A DNA stretch of 64,000 bases from Chrysomallon squamiferum (Eukaryota > Animalia > Mollusca), in contig CM022679.1 in the NCBI GenBank assembly GCA_012295275.1, positions 5,642,001 through 5,706,000 on the forward strand. Direction: 5' to 3'. The translations under genes and the position numbers were made by a program. This document shows, one piece after another, positions 47,649-60,300 of the stretch (positions are counted from its first letter, which is position 1; each line of letters begins with the position of its first letter). Under the pieces are notes generated by a model that searched no databases, was not told the DNA's origin, and was given only the letters and a program-made list of their open reading frames with translations.

Positions 47649-50602
47649 TTAAACATCTTCATCTTCCTTGGTGGCATCTTTGATGCTCTGATGCAGTTTT
47701 CTTGTTGGTGTCTGCTGTTTCTCATTAATCAACATTTCAAGCATATGCATAATCTGACTGATTTTCAGAGTTTGTTGACTAGACTGTTCTGACAAGTCAT
47801 CCACACACTGTCTCAGAAATGCTGTCTCTCCTGATACGGAACTGAAAACAAAATAAAAACAAATATAAATATATACACATACACTGTCTCAGAAATGCTG
47901 TCTCTCCTGATACTGAACTGAAAACAAAAACAAATATAAATACAGACACAAACACACACACACACAGTCTCAGAAACGATGTTTTTCCTGATGCTGAACT
48001 GAAAATAAAATTAAAATAAATATAAATGCACATACACATACACACACACACACACTCACATAGTCTCAGAAATGCTGTCACTCCTGACACTGAACTAAAA
48101 ACAGAATAAAAATTTAAGTTTCTGACAAGTTATCCAGGTACTGTCAAAAAAATGCAATCTTATGTGACAAAGACAGAACACCCTTTATGAACAAACAGCT
48201 ACATCTCAGGATAAGAATGCCATTAATCTACAAAATGATTTTTGCAAGCAGTATTAATTTTAATCCTTTAGATTCTAGCCATTCTAATGTAATGGCTGGG
48301 AATCAGCTTTGAGTCAATTCCATATGATGGCTTGTTAGTGCAATTAGGCTGCTGTCTGTTACAAACCATCTTTGGCTATGTAATATGTGAAAGGGTGAAT
48401 TTTTTGATTATTATTATTATTATTATCATATTAATTTCAGTTTAGTTTGTGTGTCAGTTAAAAGCGAAATTTTATTAATATTTTTAATTGTTATTTTTCT
48501 ATTAATTGTTGGCTAGTTAAGTGAGTAAACTAGAGTTAATATTTTAGTAGAAATCTTTTTTAACATCATTTTCAGTTTAAAAAGAGAAAACTTTCCTAAC
48601 CTGTTTCCTACTGAAGGCTGAAAAAGCTGAACTGATTTGTCAGGTTTTATCAATTCTTCATCATCATATTTCTTTTCCTTCTCCTTTTTCATTATCGTTT
48701 CTTTAATCAGGGCCAGCTCATGCATCACATTTTCTATCCTGAAATTAAAGAGTACCAATAATAAAACACTGATAAAGTACAGGAAGAAAACAAACACAAA
48801 ACAACAAAACAAACAAAAAAAACAACAAAGAAACGTCACACTAAAACTGATTATTTAACATTTTGTGAAATGCTAAAATGGTTATAATTTCAAAATGAAA
48901 GTAAAATTGTTTAATGTATTTCAACATATCTAATATAAAATAATACCGTGTGAATGTATGTGTATGTGTATAATATATGTGTCTGTATATACATGTATAA
49001 ATGTATGAATGTGTGTATGTATGTGTGTATGCATATGTGTCTCTGTGTGTGTATGTGTGTAGCAACCAGCTATTCCCTACACACAAATACACTACAAGAC
49101 TTTTGATGCAAGGAATCAACTGAATTTAAGGCTCAGTGCACAGTACAATATTTTTAAAAATCAAGCAAAATTCTACTGAATATTAAAATTACCGTTCTGC
49201 TGTTTTGCTGACCCTGGTGTCAAGTTTCTGTCTTTCAAGCAGATTACTACGAGACAGGTAATGATCTGTCGCCATTTTCTCAAACAGACTCAGTCTTTCA
49301 TTATCTCTAGGAGTGTGCACTTCCTCTACAATAAATTCAAACTAAGTTTAAACATTTCATTGCAATAAGTGGATATATCCACTCAAAACTTTATCACTGT
49401 TAACTATAGAATGCAGATTTACCCCACAGCCTCCTAAAAAATTCTCATTATGCTGTGAGAAGTGAACACACCCCTCCAAAGCCTCCCAAACATTGTACCT
49501 GCCCTGTCTGAGTTCCCATCAGTGGGGTGACTGCACAACTACTGGTCTAGTTGATTTTGCTGGGAGCAGTTTTTTTAATTATGCAGTGAAATGATTAACA
49601 CAACTACTGGCTTGCCACGTAATAAGTATATCAGAAAAAAAGAGTCAATAAATCACATATTTATTATTTTAAAATAATAAAAGTCGATAAGCCAAATCTT
49701 TTTAGCATATTTATTTGTATCATCTTTAATGATGTTCTGTTTGTTATTATTATTTATATATTTCTTTTCTGTTTCTGATGTTTTATTATTAGCAAAGATG
49801 TATCTTCTTCACAAACAAAAACAATCATTTTCATTTATCAAATTTATTAATTCATAATACCATAAATAACTTTAATTTTAATTTTTAAATTATGTATTTT
49901 TTTGAGTTTCTTTCTTGACTCCTTTTTTCTATTTAAGATGCTTTGGTTTGTCTCGGGGCAAAATAAAACAGTTTTTGAAAAATATAAGACGTTTCTTTAA
50001 AAAATTAAATTTTAAATGTATCATAGATACATTTGCTATTTGACAATATTTCAAATATATATTTTGAGTTATAACTGTAACAGAGACAGTTTTGTCACTG
50101 CTCTCCCTTTTACCTATTCAAAATATTATTAATACTGATTACTATTTTACTATCAAAGTTATATAAATAAGTACTTACTAAAAGCATTTGGCTTCTTGCA
50201 TGTGTCACATGACTTGTGTAGCATCCATCTACCCATGCGGAATAAATGGTTGAAAATGATGATGGGAGGAACGAGCGTAGGACGGTCATAATATTCAAAT
50301 ATGAGAGAGAGGCGATAAAATCGCCACACTTTCATCGATTTGTCTTGAACTGTCTGAAATGTGTAACTGGAAAAAAGCAAACAAAAAGCTTCAGTTGATT
50401 AGACTGCAGGTAAGATGTAGCAATTGTGAATTAAAGAGGACTAGTCATATGAATGCTTAAATGTAATTTGTATGTATCTAATTAATTTATTTCTAGTTAC
50501 TTGTTTTTGATAATAACAGTTTAACAAATAAAAACAAAACAAATTCATAATTAAAATAATTAGCTAAATAATAAAATAAAGTAAAGTAAAGTAAAGTAAA
50601 GT

Positions 50603-50633
<31 letters not shown>

Positions 50634-53600
50634 AATAAAAAATAAAAAATAATAATAACATTAATAATAAATAATTTAAAAAAAAAGAGCAGTTAAATTA
50701 CTCATTATAAAATGGCAATATTCTAAAAAAAAAAAAAGACAATTTTTTATGTAAAAACAGAAAAATATACTTATTAATTTATGGTAATGATTTATTTATT
50801 ATGCAATAAAGATTGTATTTCAGGTTCAAACAAAACAACAATGTGTACAAAATGTATTTATATTATATCTTCAAACCACCTTTCAAATTGTAATTTGTAT
50901 ATAAAATTAAAAGAGAACAACAGTTTAAAAAATATCTCCCATATCTTTACCAAATCTCATCAATAATAGCACACTGTGACTTTAAAACATTGACTAACCT
51001 GAACATGGCAATGAGAAGGTTGACAAGGAGAATGTTTGTCAGCAGCATGTACACAGACAACAACAGAGTGCTCAGACCATCAGCTTCTGGACATCTCAGA
51101 TCAGGAGCCTCCTGCCAAATAGTCTGGTTACGTGTACAGCCTGGTGTTTCTTCACCTAAATAAATAAATAAAGTAAACACATGCAAGTAAGTCTTTTTTT
51201 AATTGTTTTTTTTAAAAGCAGTGCTTTAATAGAAATCTATTATGTATAACTCAGAGAGCCATGATTGTTAGATCGGGAATCTCACTAGACACTTATAGCC
51301 AGTTTTCTCTAATGACTTTAGTAAAAATAAAATAAATACCTTCAACTCTTTCTAAGAAAAGTTCACCATACATCTGTAAATAAGGCATCAGTAACACATT
51401 TTTGAGAATCATCCACGTCAATGGTGAATTTGGGTACATGTTGATGTGGTAAGCAACACCAAAACTGACCACAAACACAAAGCAGGATGAAGAAGAAAAA
51501 CATCAGATCAGTGATCTGAAAAATAAATTACAGAAGATTATTAACAAGCATATACATAAATGTTTATTTACAAGTAAAACAAATATAAATATATTAATAA
51601 ATATTTCACTTACATAAAACACACACTTTCCTAATGACTACTTAATTTCGTGTCGAACATTAAGAGTATTATTTTTATAATTAAAATTTCTACATTACCA
51701 TTCTATGTATCATGATCACTTTAGGTCCCATGTTTTTTTCTGCAAAAAAGAACTGCATGGATCTGAGATAGAACAAGATCAGTGACAGACTGTATATTCT
51801 GCGAGCCCAGCTGAAGTTTGAGGTAATTAGATTGAAACGCAGAATGATGCACAGAATCAACATGCTGTACATGAGTAGGTCAAACTGGTTCCACATGTTA
51901 GAAAACCAGTTCTGAATCTTGTATTTGATTGACAGCTCATCACGGATAAAAATCTAGAAAAAAAACAAAGTAAAATATTTTTTATTTGATGGATAAAAAT
52001 ATAAAAAAGACAATAATTGATTCATATTTGAAGAAGGTTAATCATGGATAAAAATCCAGAAATTGTTTTTAAATTCACATATTTGATAGAGAGTTTATCA
52101 GAGACAAACATTTGTTGGAGAATTCAATAAAAATAAAAATGTAGAAAATAAATGTGAAGTAACTTGTACTTTATGTAGAACTCACTGCAGGCTAAAATCT
52201 AGAAAGAAGTAAAATATCTTATTTTATGGAGAACTCACTGCAGAAACAAAACAATCCATGAAACATGATAACACAGAAAATGATTTAGTTTATTCTTTAT
52301 GCCTTAAAAAACATTCATTAAGATTAAATTAATCTAAGATAATCGATCGCACACCTGTCTTATTTCTTCAATGATCATGGTAGCAATCCAGATCCATGCA
52401 ATAATTTCCCACTTGGATGGAGACTGTGGCTCTCCCACAGGTCGGAGATCCACCAACACAAAGTAGCTGAAAATGGCTAGGAACACAATGTAGGACAACT
52501 GAAAAATATTACAGTAAATTATTTTTGTTTGTTTGCACTGATTTCAAAAATATAAGAAAAAGAGAAAATGCTAAACAGAGACAGACAAAACAAATCTGAG
52601 GTTATTCTGAATCATCTGTAAACAAAAAATCTAGATTGTACAAAAACAATATATATTCTGATTTAGATCCCCCAAAAATTAAATAAGAAGTGGTAATTAT
52701 GACTTATTATAACCTTACATTAGAGGAATATAACTATTTTATCAAAGTTAGACATCTTCTTTAACATTTTGACAAACAGCAAGCAGTTTTTAATGAATGT
52801 ACCACCACCCACAATACTTACCACATTGAAGAAAAACTTAGTAATTGGAGCAGAATAGAAATACAAGATGGCAGACACAATGTTGATAGTATTTGGACCA
52901 AAGTCAAACACATTCACTTTGAACAGTTTTGTCTTTGGTATCTTTTCTGGCCCGGGTGAGCCAGTTGGTGCAAACTCCACCTCATTATCCACACTGTTAG
53001 GTCCCACCTTGTTACTACCTACTGTCGATCTCTCCAGCCCACCCTTAAAAGAGTGTTCTTCGTTATCATCATCATTGTCCTCATCATCACCATCAATGAT
53101 GTCAGTAGCTTTTGTATTGGAAGTGAATTTAATGAAAGGAAGGAATATGGGAAGGAAAAGGCACAAGAGGATCTGAAACAAGACAAAAAGATTTTTAAAA
53201 TTGTGATATAAGAGAGTCATTATGAAAAAAAAGATCAAAGTGAACAGTTACTTATAAAGTGAGGAAGAAGAATGAGAATATCCCAACAGCTGGAATTTAG
53301 TGATTTCTGATATGAAAAAGGTGCTGTTGATTCGAATTAAGATGTTATTTTATAAGAAAAAAAACAAATTATTTTAAAATTATAATTATACAGTGACTTT
53401 AAATAAGTGCTAAAATATTTGGTCAAGATCAAGAAGGTCAAGATCACCTCAAACTACACAACTCTGTAGCTACTGAATTATGATTTCTAAAGATGTGAGA
53501 TATTTAATAAGCATACCTTTAGTTCTGAAGTATACAGTGCCATCTGACCTTTCCAGATGAAGTTGAGTTTTGTTTGACATGATGAGTGTTCGATAAAGTC

Positions 53601-56518
53601 CATCATGTTGTGGGCATCAGCAATACTGAACAATGTCAGGTTTCCCCATGATGGTAGTTCTCGAACTAACAACTGATGTGACATCTTCTTGTCTCTACGG
53701 TAACACTCTGACAATAGTTCTGTGCTACGTCTTTCAAACAACCTGGAATAAAAACATAACATCACTTATCCATTTTACTTCTTTTTTTCCCTTCTTATTT
53801 TCTTACTGTTTCATATATAGTATTTCATATTTTAACTCTTTGCACCCTTTGTCAGTTTTACAGTACATACAACTATAAACACAGCAAGTTGTAGTTTTGC
53901 GATATGTGACAACTCTGCCCATATCAGTGCCAAAGATCACTATTGTTAGGAAGCAGATTAGTCCAGTTAGACCACATACACTGAGTATAAATTATGTCTG
54001 ATTTTACAACTATTCAAAAATGATCAATGTCCAAAGGGTTAAAGGAAAATCCTTTCACTAAAATGCAACCTATATTAATTCTTTAGGACATTTTGTGGTA
54101 CAACTTGCTTCCCATGATTTTATTTTTTATTTTTCAATACAAGTTTGTAATATTCACAGACAGTCTATTATAAACTATAAAGTTTTGTTTCTGTCTATGC
54201 ATGGTGTCTGCTGTAGTTAACGTAATCTCCTAATTATTGCTATATTGTTGATTGTTTGAGTTTTCTTCAAGCCACCTATAATCTGGTCAACATCTATCTA
54301 ACTTTTAAAAAATCCATCTTGCTTGATCACAATCACTGCAAAAAGTATTGTTTAAAACATTAATTAAAAAATTGAAATACACTAAGTATTAGTGAAATGA
54401 TTACTAACTCTGCATGTTCTGCCAGATCTGTACTAAGTTCCAGTTCTTCCTCATTGTCAGCTACTTCAGACATAGCTTTCAGCAGGGCAGAGGCAATCAG
54501 CCCTGCCCCTGAAATAACACAAGATTACAAGTTAAGTTTAATACAGAAACATGTACAATAAACTTTGAAATCAGTAGATATCAATACTGAGTAGAAATAA
54601 GTAAACAAGAATATAATGAAGCTTCATTAATGCCCAAGCAAGTAGAGTGACATTTGCAACACTAGAAATGATGTAGTACATGGAATGGAAACTGAATTTT
54701 GTGTGAAATGGAAATAAAAGAACAAGATTTTAATTAAGTACAGTAAACTTTGAAACAGTAAATATGTGGAACTGGATTCAATAAAAACAAATCAGTGAGA
54801 TGAGAGAAGATTTGATTCATGGATCTATTACTCCTTAGGTAAGTGTTGTTTGAAGATTCAACAAATAATAAACAAAATAAAACAACACCTACCACCAAAT
54901 ATAAACCACAGCTTAAAATATATAGTAAATCACTAAATTTATTTTTATTTAATGTTTACAAATAAATGATAATGTTTTAGGTTTCTGTTACCTAACTGGT
55001 CTTTTCCAAGCTGCCAGAACAGTGCAGCCATTTCCCTGCGGTTGAAGAGAACAGCCCAGATAAATAATTCTTTTTCTGGATTTTCAAAATCAAACGTTTC
55101 TTTAAACTTTTTCTTCGTTCTTCGACTGGATATACTTCCATCTGTAAATAAAATAAAATTTTAAAAGTCATTTAGAGGATAATTTGACAACTTCAGGCTA
55201 TTTTGGCTGCTCGAAAACATTTTAGGATTTCAAAGATTTTCAGTTTTTGGAATTTATAGTTATGGGATCCTCAACCTGTAAAAACAAGAACAGCAACAGT
55301 AACAATAACAATATATGGTTGGGCAAAAAAAATGTTTATATATAATAAAAATTTGTAAAATGTATTCATTTACTATTTTTAAATTAAACTGATAAAGCTT
55401 ATTACACAAATGAAAATTTTATAAATTTTAAAGAGAATATCTAATAAGTAAAATTGCAATAAAAAACTAATTTAAAAGTAATAAATGCTGTATCCAGCAT
55501 CATATAGGTTTAGTATTTTCAATATTACAGCTGAAATTGACATCCAAATTCATAAAATTATATTTACAAGTATAATTATGTCAGCTTCTTTCTATTAATA
55601 GTGATTGTAACATAAAGCTAAGAATTTAAGCAAAGAAATGAATGAATTTTGGAGGGGGTATTTATTTATTTATTTAGTCTTTTTTAAAACAAAACATAAA
55701 TTTCTAGCACCATACAGTTGAACTAAAGATAACTTTAAAAGTACAGACAATACACATCAGGTGGAAATACAAACCACATCATTCTGTGCATGTAAATTTA
55801 TGAAACCTATTTTGATCTTACAGTATTTAAACACTGAAGCTTGAGGAAAATATATTTCAGATCAGAGAAATTTATGTCAAATATAACAAACGTGCATAAC
55901 ACAAATTATTATCAGCTCTACCGTGACATCTGATAACCTGTGTTGTGTATGTTAGGTGATGTATTTCTTGTATGTATATGCATGTGAATTTGTTAGATAT
56001 GTTAGTTATGGGCCTGTAGTATGTATTAAAACAGATGTTATGTTCATTAGTTATATGCATGTAAATTTTGTTTATACGGTTTATTTCTAAATGTGTTTTT
56101 GTTATGTATTTCTCTAAGTGCAAATTTTTGTATAAGTATATTTGCTAAATGCATGTTATTTACTAAATGAATATTTATTACATGCATGTTCATGAAATTG
56201 TGTAAATGTGTGTTTTTTGTTACATACATGTCTATATGTGTATTTCCGAAATATTCTAACAGTGCTTAGTTTTAATAATGATACACAAACTGTAACAAAG
56301 CTGGATATCATCACTTCTGAGTTTGTAGAGATTTCAGTTTCTAAGGTAATTTTTCAGGATTACTTAAGTTAATGTGAGTAAATGTTTCATTTAACACAAG
56401 GGTATCAGAATGCCATAAACATTCAATTATGTCTATGGAATTATAATTTAAAAAAACAAAAACAAACAAAAAAACACACAAAACAAACATCAGAACTAAT
56501 AATAATAATAATATTGAC

Positions 56519-56562
<44 letters not shown>

Positions 56563-57314
56563 TATAAAATTTTAAAAATTATAAATAATTATAAATGTGC
56601 AATGTCTTATCATTTGTACAGAATTAACAATTTCAACTTGGTGGTGGTTATGTATCAAAAACATTTGCAAACACTCACCACATAAAGTTCCTTGTTCTTG
56701 AGCTAGCAAATAAATTGTTCTTTTTAATAAATATTATCAAATAAATACTCTAAAAAATCAAATAATATAAAAATAATAATGTTGTTGTTTAAATAATAAT
56801 AATAAATGAATTAAAAAAATTAAAAAACCAACAGCAATAATAATATGAAGTGTACTAAAAGACAGCTCTAACAGAAAACTTCCCAAAAAATACTAAGAAA
56901 ATATAACAAATTTTACTATTTCAGATTAGAAAAAAAGAAAATATTTGAAGAACAAGAATGATGCCAACCTTTTGCTAATTGCCGTTTAGATATTCGCTTC
57001 ATCAGTGGTTCCAGTTCATCTCTGTTGCCATCCCAACATCTTGTTGGTCCAGTTTTACCTTGTACTAAAAACTTTTCATCTGCAAAGTTTTAACAGTGGA
57101 AAACAAATTAAAAATTAAAAACTTAATCACTTATTAAGTCTTGAATACAAGTACATTTACACACACACATACAAAAATAGACAGATGCAAATAGACACAG
57201 ATAAATAAAACAAAGAATAAAACAAGTAAATAAAAATAATCATAAATTATCACTAATTAACATAAAAAAATGAATTTATATAAAAAATGTAAAAGGCTTG
57301 TTTGTTAATTAATT

Positions 57315-57348
<34 letters not shown>

Positions 57349-60300
57349 TCACTGATTTTATTAGAAAAAGTACTGTAATTTCTGAAACTATTATAAAATA
57401 CACTTAAATGTCACTACATTATAATAATTATATAAATTGCCATTTCACAAAATTGTCTGCAAATAAATTTTGAATCAAAGCATGAATAAGGCTGTCTTTT
57501 TATATATATATTTTATTTCATAAAACACTGCATGCCAGAAAACTGTTGTTCTTGTATACCTGAATAAATATCAACAGCCTGGTCTTTCAGCAGGAATACA
57601 ATGACTTTACTGATGTATTTCAACAAATCTGGAAATTTTTCACAGGATGTTCTTGATTTACACAAGAGATAGGCTGACCAAGTTTGCTGCACAATTAGAC
57701 AAAACATAACATATATTTAATGAGAAAGAAAATGGGAGATGACGTACAACACTGATGGAATAAAAAGTAATTATTCCATTTGGTTAATTGCTATAATTGT
57801 CACAAAGTTTATTTTTCAGCCTACAAGATGACTGCATTATATAAAACAAAACATTTCCATGAATTCATTAATTAATTCAATGAAGAATGTCATAAAATAA
57901 TGAATTCTTATAAAGAAGCACTGAAATATCTGAAATGTATTAATGGTATGCACTGATCATGGAATGCTTCCTAGATTAAAAAGATCAATATGTTAATAAT
58001 AAAGAAACAAGAAAAAGCTAATTAAATGACATGCCTTAAACAAACAAATCTAAATAACTAATAGAAATACCAGTTTTTCAAATAATGTATTTGAACCACA
58101 AAGACGAATACATATCTGGTAATAAATAATTGGAAAAGTCTTTACCTGTTAAACTTTGGATGATGTATACATTTGAAAATTTATAATATATTTAATTAAT
58201 AATATGACATCAGAGTTTTCTTTTCTTTTTTTAAGTATATATAAACTATAAAGATATATAATCTGATACACTGGAAGAGCATTTTGTTTACAAATTTTTG
58301 ATTTTGATATTTTACTGGTGCTAAATTAGACTGAGAGGAGGAGGATGGCAAATGTTTTGAATTAACAACAACAGTTTATAAAGCCTTAGATAAAGAAGAA
58401 TAAGAAAGAGATTTCAGAATTATAAATAGAAACAGAAAAATTTGTAATAGAAAAAGACACTTTTCATCAGGATGTGGAAAGTAAATTAAACAAATGAAGT
58501 TATAATGTTAGGATTCAGATCTGATGAAAGTAATTGTTATATTAGCACTGATAAACTGCCTTTGTCTATCAAAAAGAAAAATGTATACTGTACAAATGAC
58601 AATCACACATTTGGCTGTCATACCTGACACACCTACTACAAGTAAGAACATAAATGGTTTATTCAAGATTGCCTACTGATAAATGTCTTAACAAAACAGT
58701 TACAAAAAATGTGTTATTAAAAGGTTTGAATTAGTGGAGGATCAGTTTTAAAAAACATTCAAAACTTCAAGGTGAAAAAGGTGAGATGTGTTAGGTGATT
58801 TGATTTAGCTTGGACAGAGATGATGTACATTGAGGGAAATGATTTCAATCCGAAAGATCCATTTGTATAATTGCATAACAAAGATCTGTTTTTAAAAATG
58901 AGGATTGCAAAATGTTATGTGTGTCAGTAGGGTAAGTTTGTAAGTATGGTATAGTGACAAGGATCCACAAATAGTGCTCAAAGCAGTTAGCACTTCACCC
59001 AACCATGCATTCACCCAGTTAGGGATTCACCCAGTAAAACATTACCATCATTCCACTGGTCTGAAAAAAGATTTTTACATGATGTATGACTGGAAATACA
59101 GTCTGCCCAATTCCAGCAGATGTCTCAGAAACATTTCAATGTATCAGTGTATTAGACGTGATACTTTAAAAATGTTTGTATCTGCAAATACCATGTTCAT
59201 CAAGAAAAAATCTTGGATATCAAAACTGGTCCTACACCAACTAGGATATTTACAAGAAAAAATTCTTTGTTATGGCGAGTCCAGAGTTTAAAATGTGACC
59301 AAAAAAAAAATAATAATAATATATATATATATATAATAATTTTTTTGTTTGTTTTTTTATTTAATTTTTTTGTCAAATGCTGTTAATACCACATTAAATT
59401 CTCTGTGTAAAAGCCATAGCTAGTGGGGGGAATTCCATGATATATGGGCTGTAAGGTAATGCAGTTAGTAACTGTGATACTGAGAGCTTGTTAAATAATC
59501 AAAATACTTACCCTGAGGTAGTTAATCAGATTACGAAAAACTTCAGCCTGAGTGTCTGATTTATCATTAATTACCTGAAAAAAATTAAAATAATCAAATA
59601 AGAACAAATCCCTTTTAGATAATCAAAATAAATACTTAATCAATAAACAAATTTAAAAAAAATTATAATAATTTAATTTACTAAAGTAACTGAACTCAGT
59701 AATATAATTAATAAATAAATAACAACAACAACAGTTTATCTTAACTTACATTAATGTACAGATTCCAAAGGGTTGGAATGGTCAAAAACTTCTTGAAGTC
59801 AACACCATTGTCAATAAAAAGCTTTACAAAGTCTACTCTATTTTCCACAAGAGCTGTCAGCATTGCATCATACAAATCTATTTGCTGAAAAAAAAAATAA
59901 TAATAATGATGATGATGATGATGATGATTATGATGATGATAATAATAATAATAAAATAACCATAAAATAACCATAAAATAATCATAATAATAATAATAAT
60001 TTGGATGTATAAAAAATGTAAAAACAAAATTAAATATATAAATAAATATTTTAAAATAATAATAAAAAAAGCAACTGAAAAATTTACAAAAAAGAAAAAA
60101 AGAAGAAAGATATAATTATTACATCTTTTTATATTATTTTGAGCTGACAAACTTTTGACTCAGTATATGTCAATATAGGTAATAATGTTCTGTTGAAAAT
60201 TTTATTATTATTATTATTATATAAGGATTTTACCACTTTTATTGCTAAAAAAGAAAAAATACTAACTTAGGTGTTTGATTTTAAAGAAATTGAGATAGGC

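Noticed and set aside
55200-55940. Possible extra TRPM exons at about 55922-55937 and 55275
   Set aside because: Acceptor-like sites exist but give early stops or phase mismatch, and the gene is in frame without them.
58250-59300. Higher-complexity intronic stretch that might be a LINE remnant (ORF 58974-59291)
   Set aside because: I could not read convincing reverse transcriptase or endonuclease motifs. It needs a repeat-library search.
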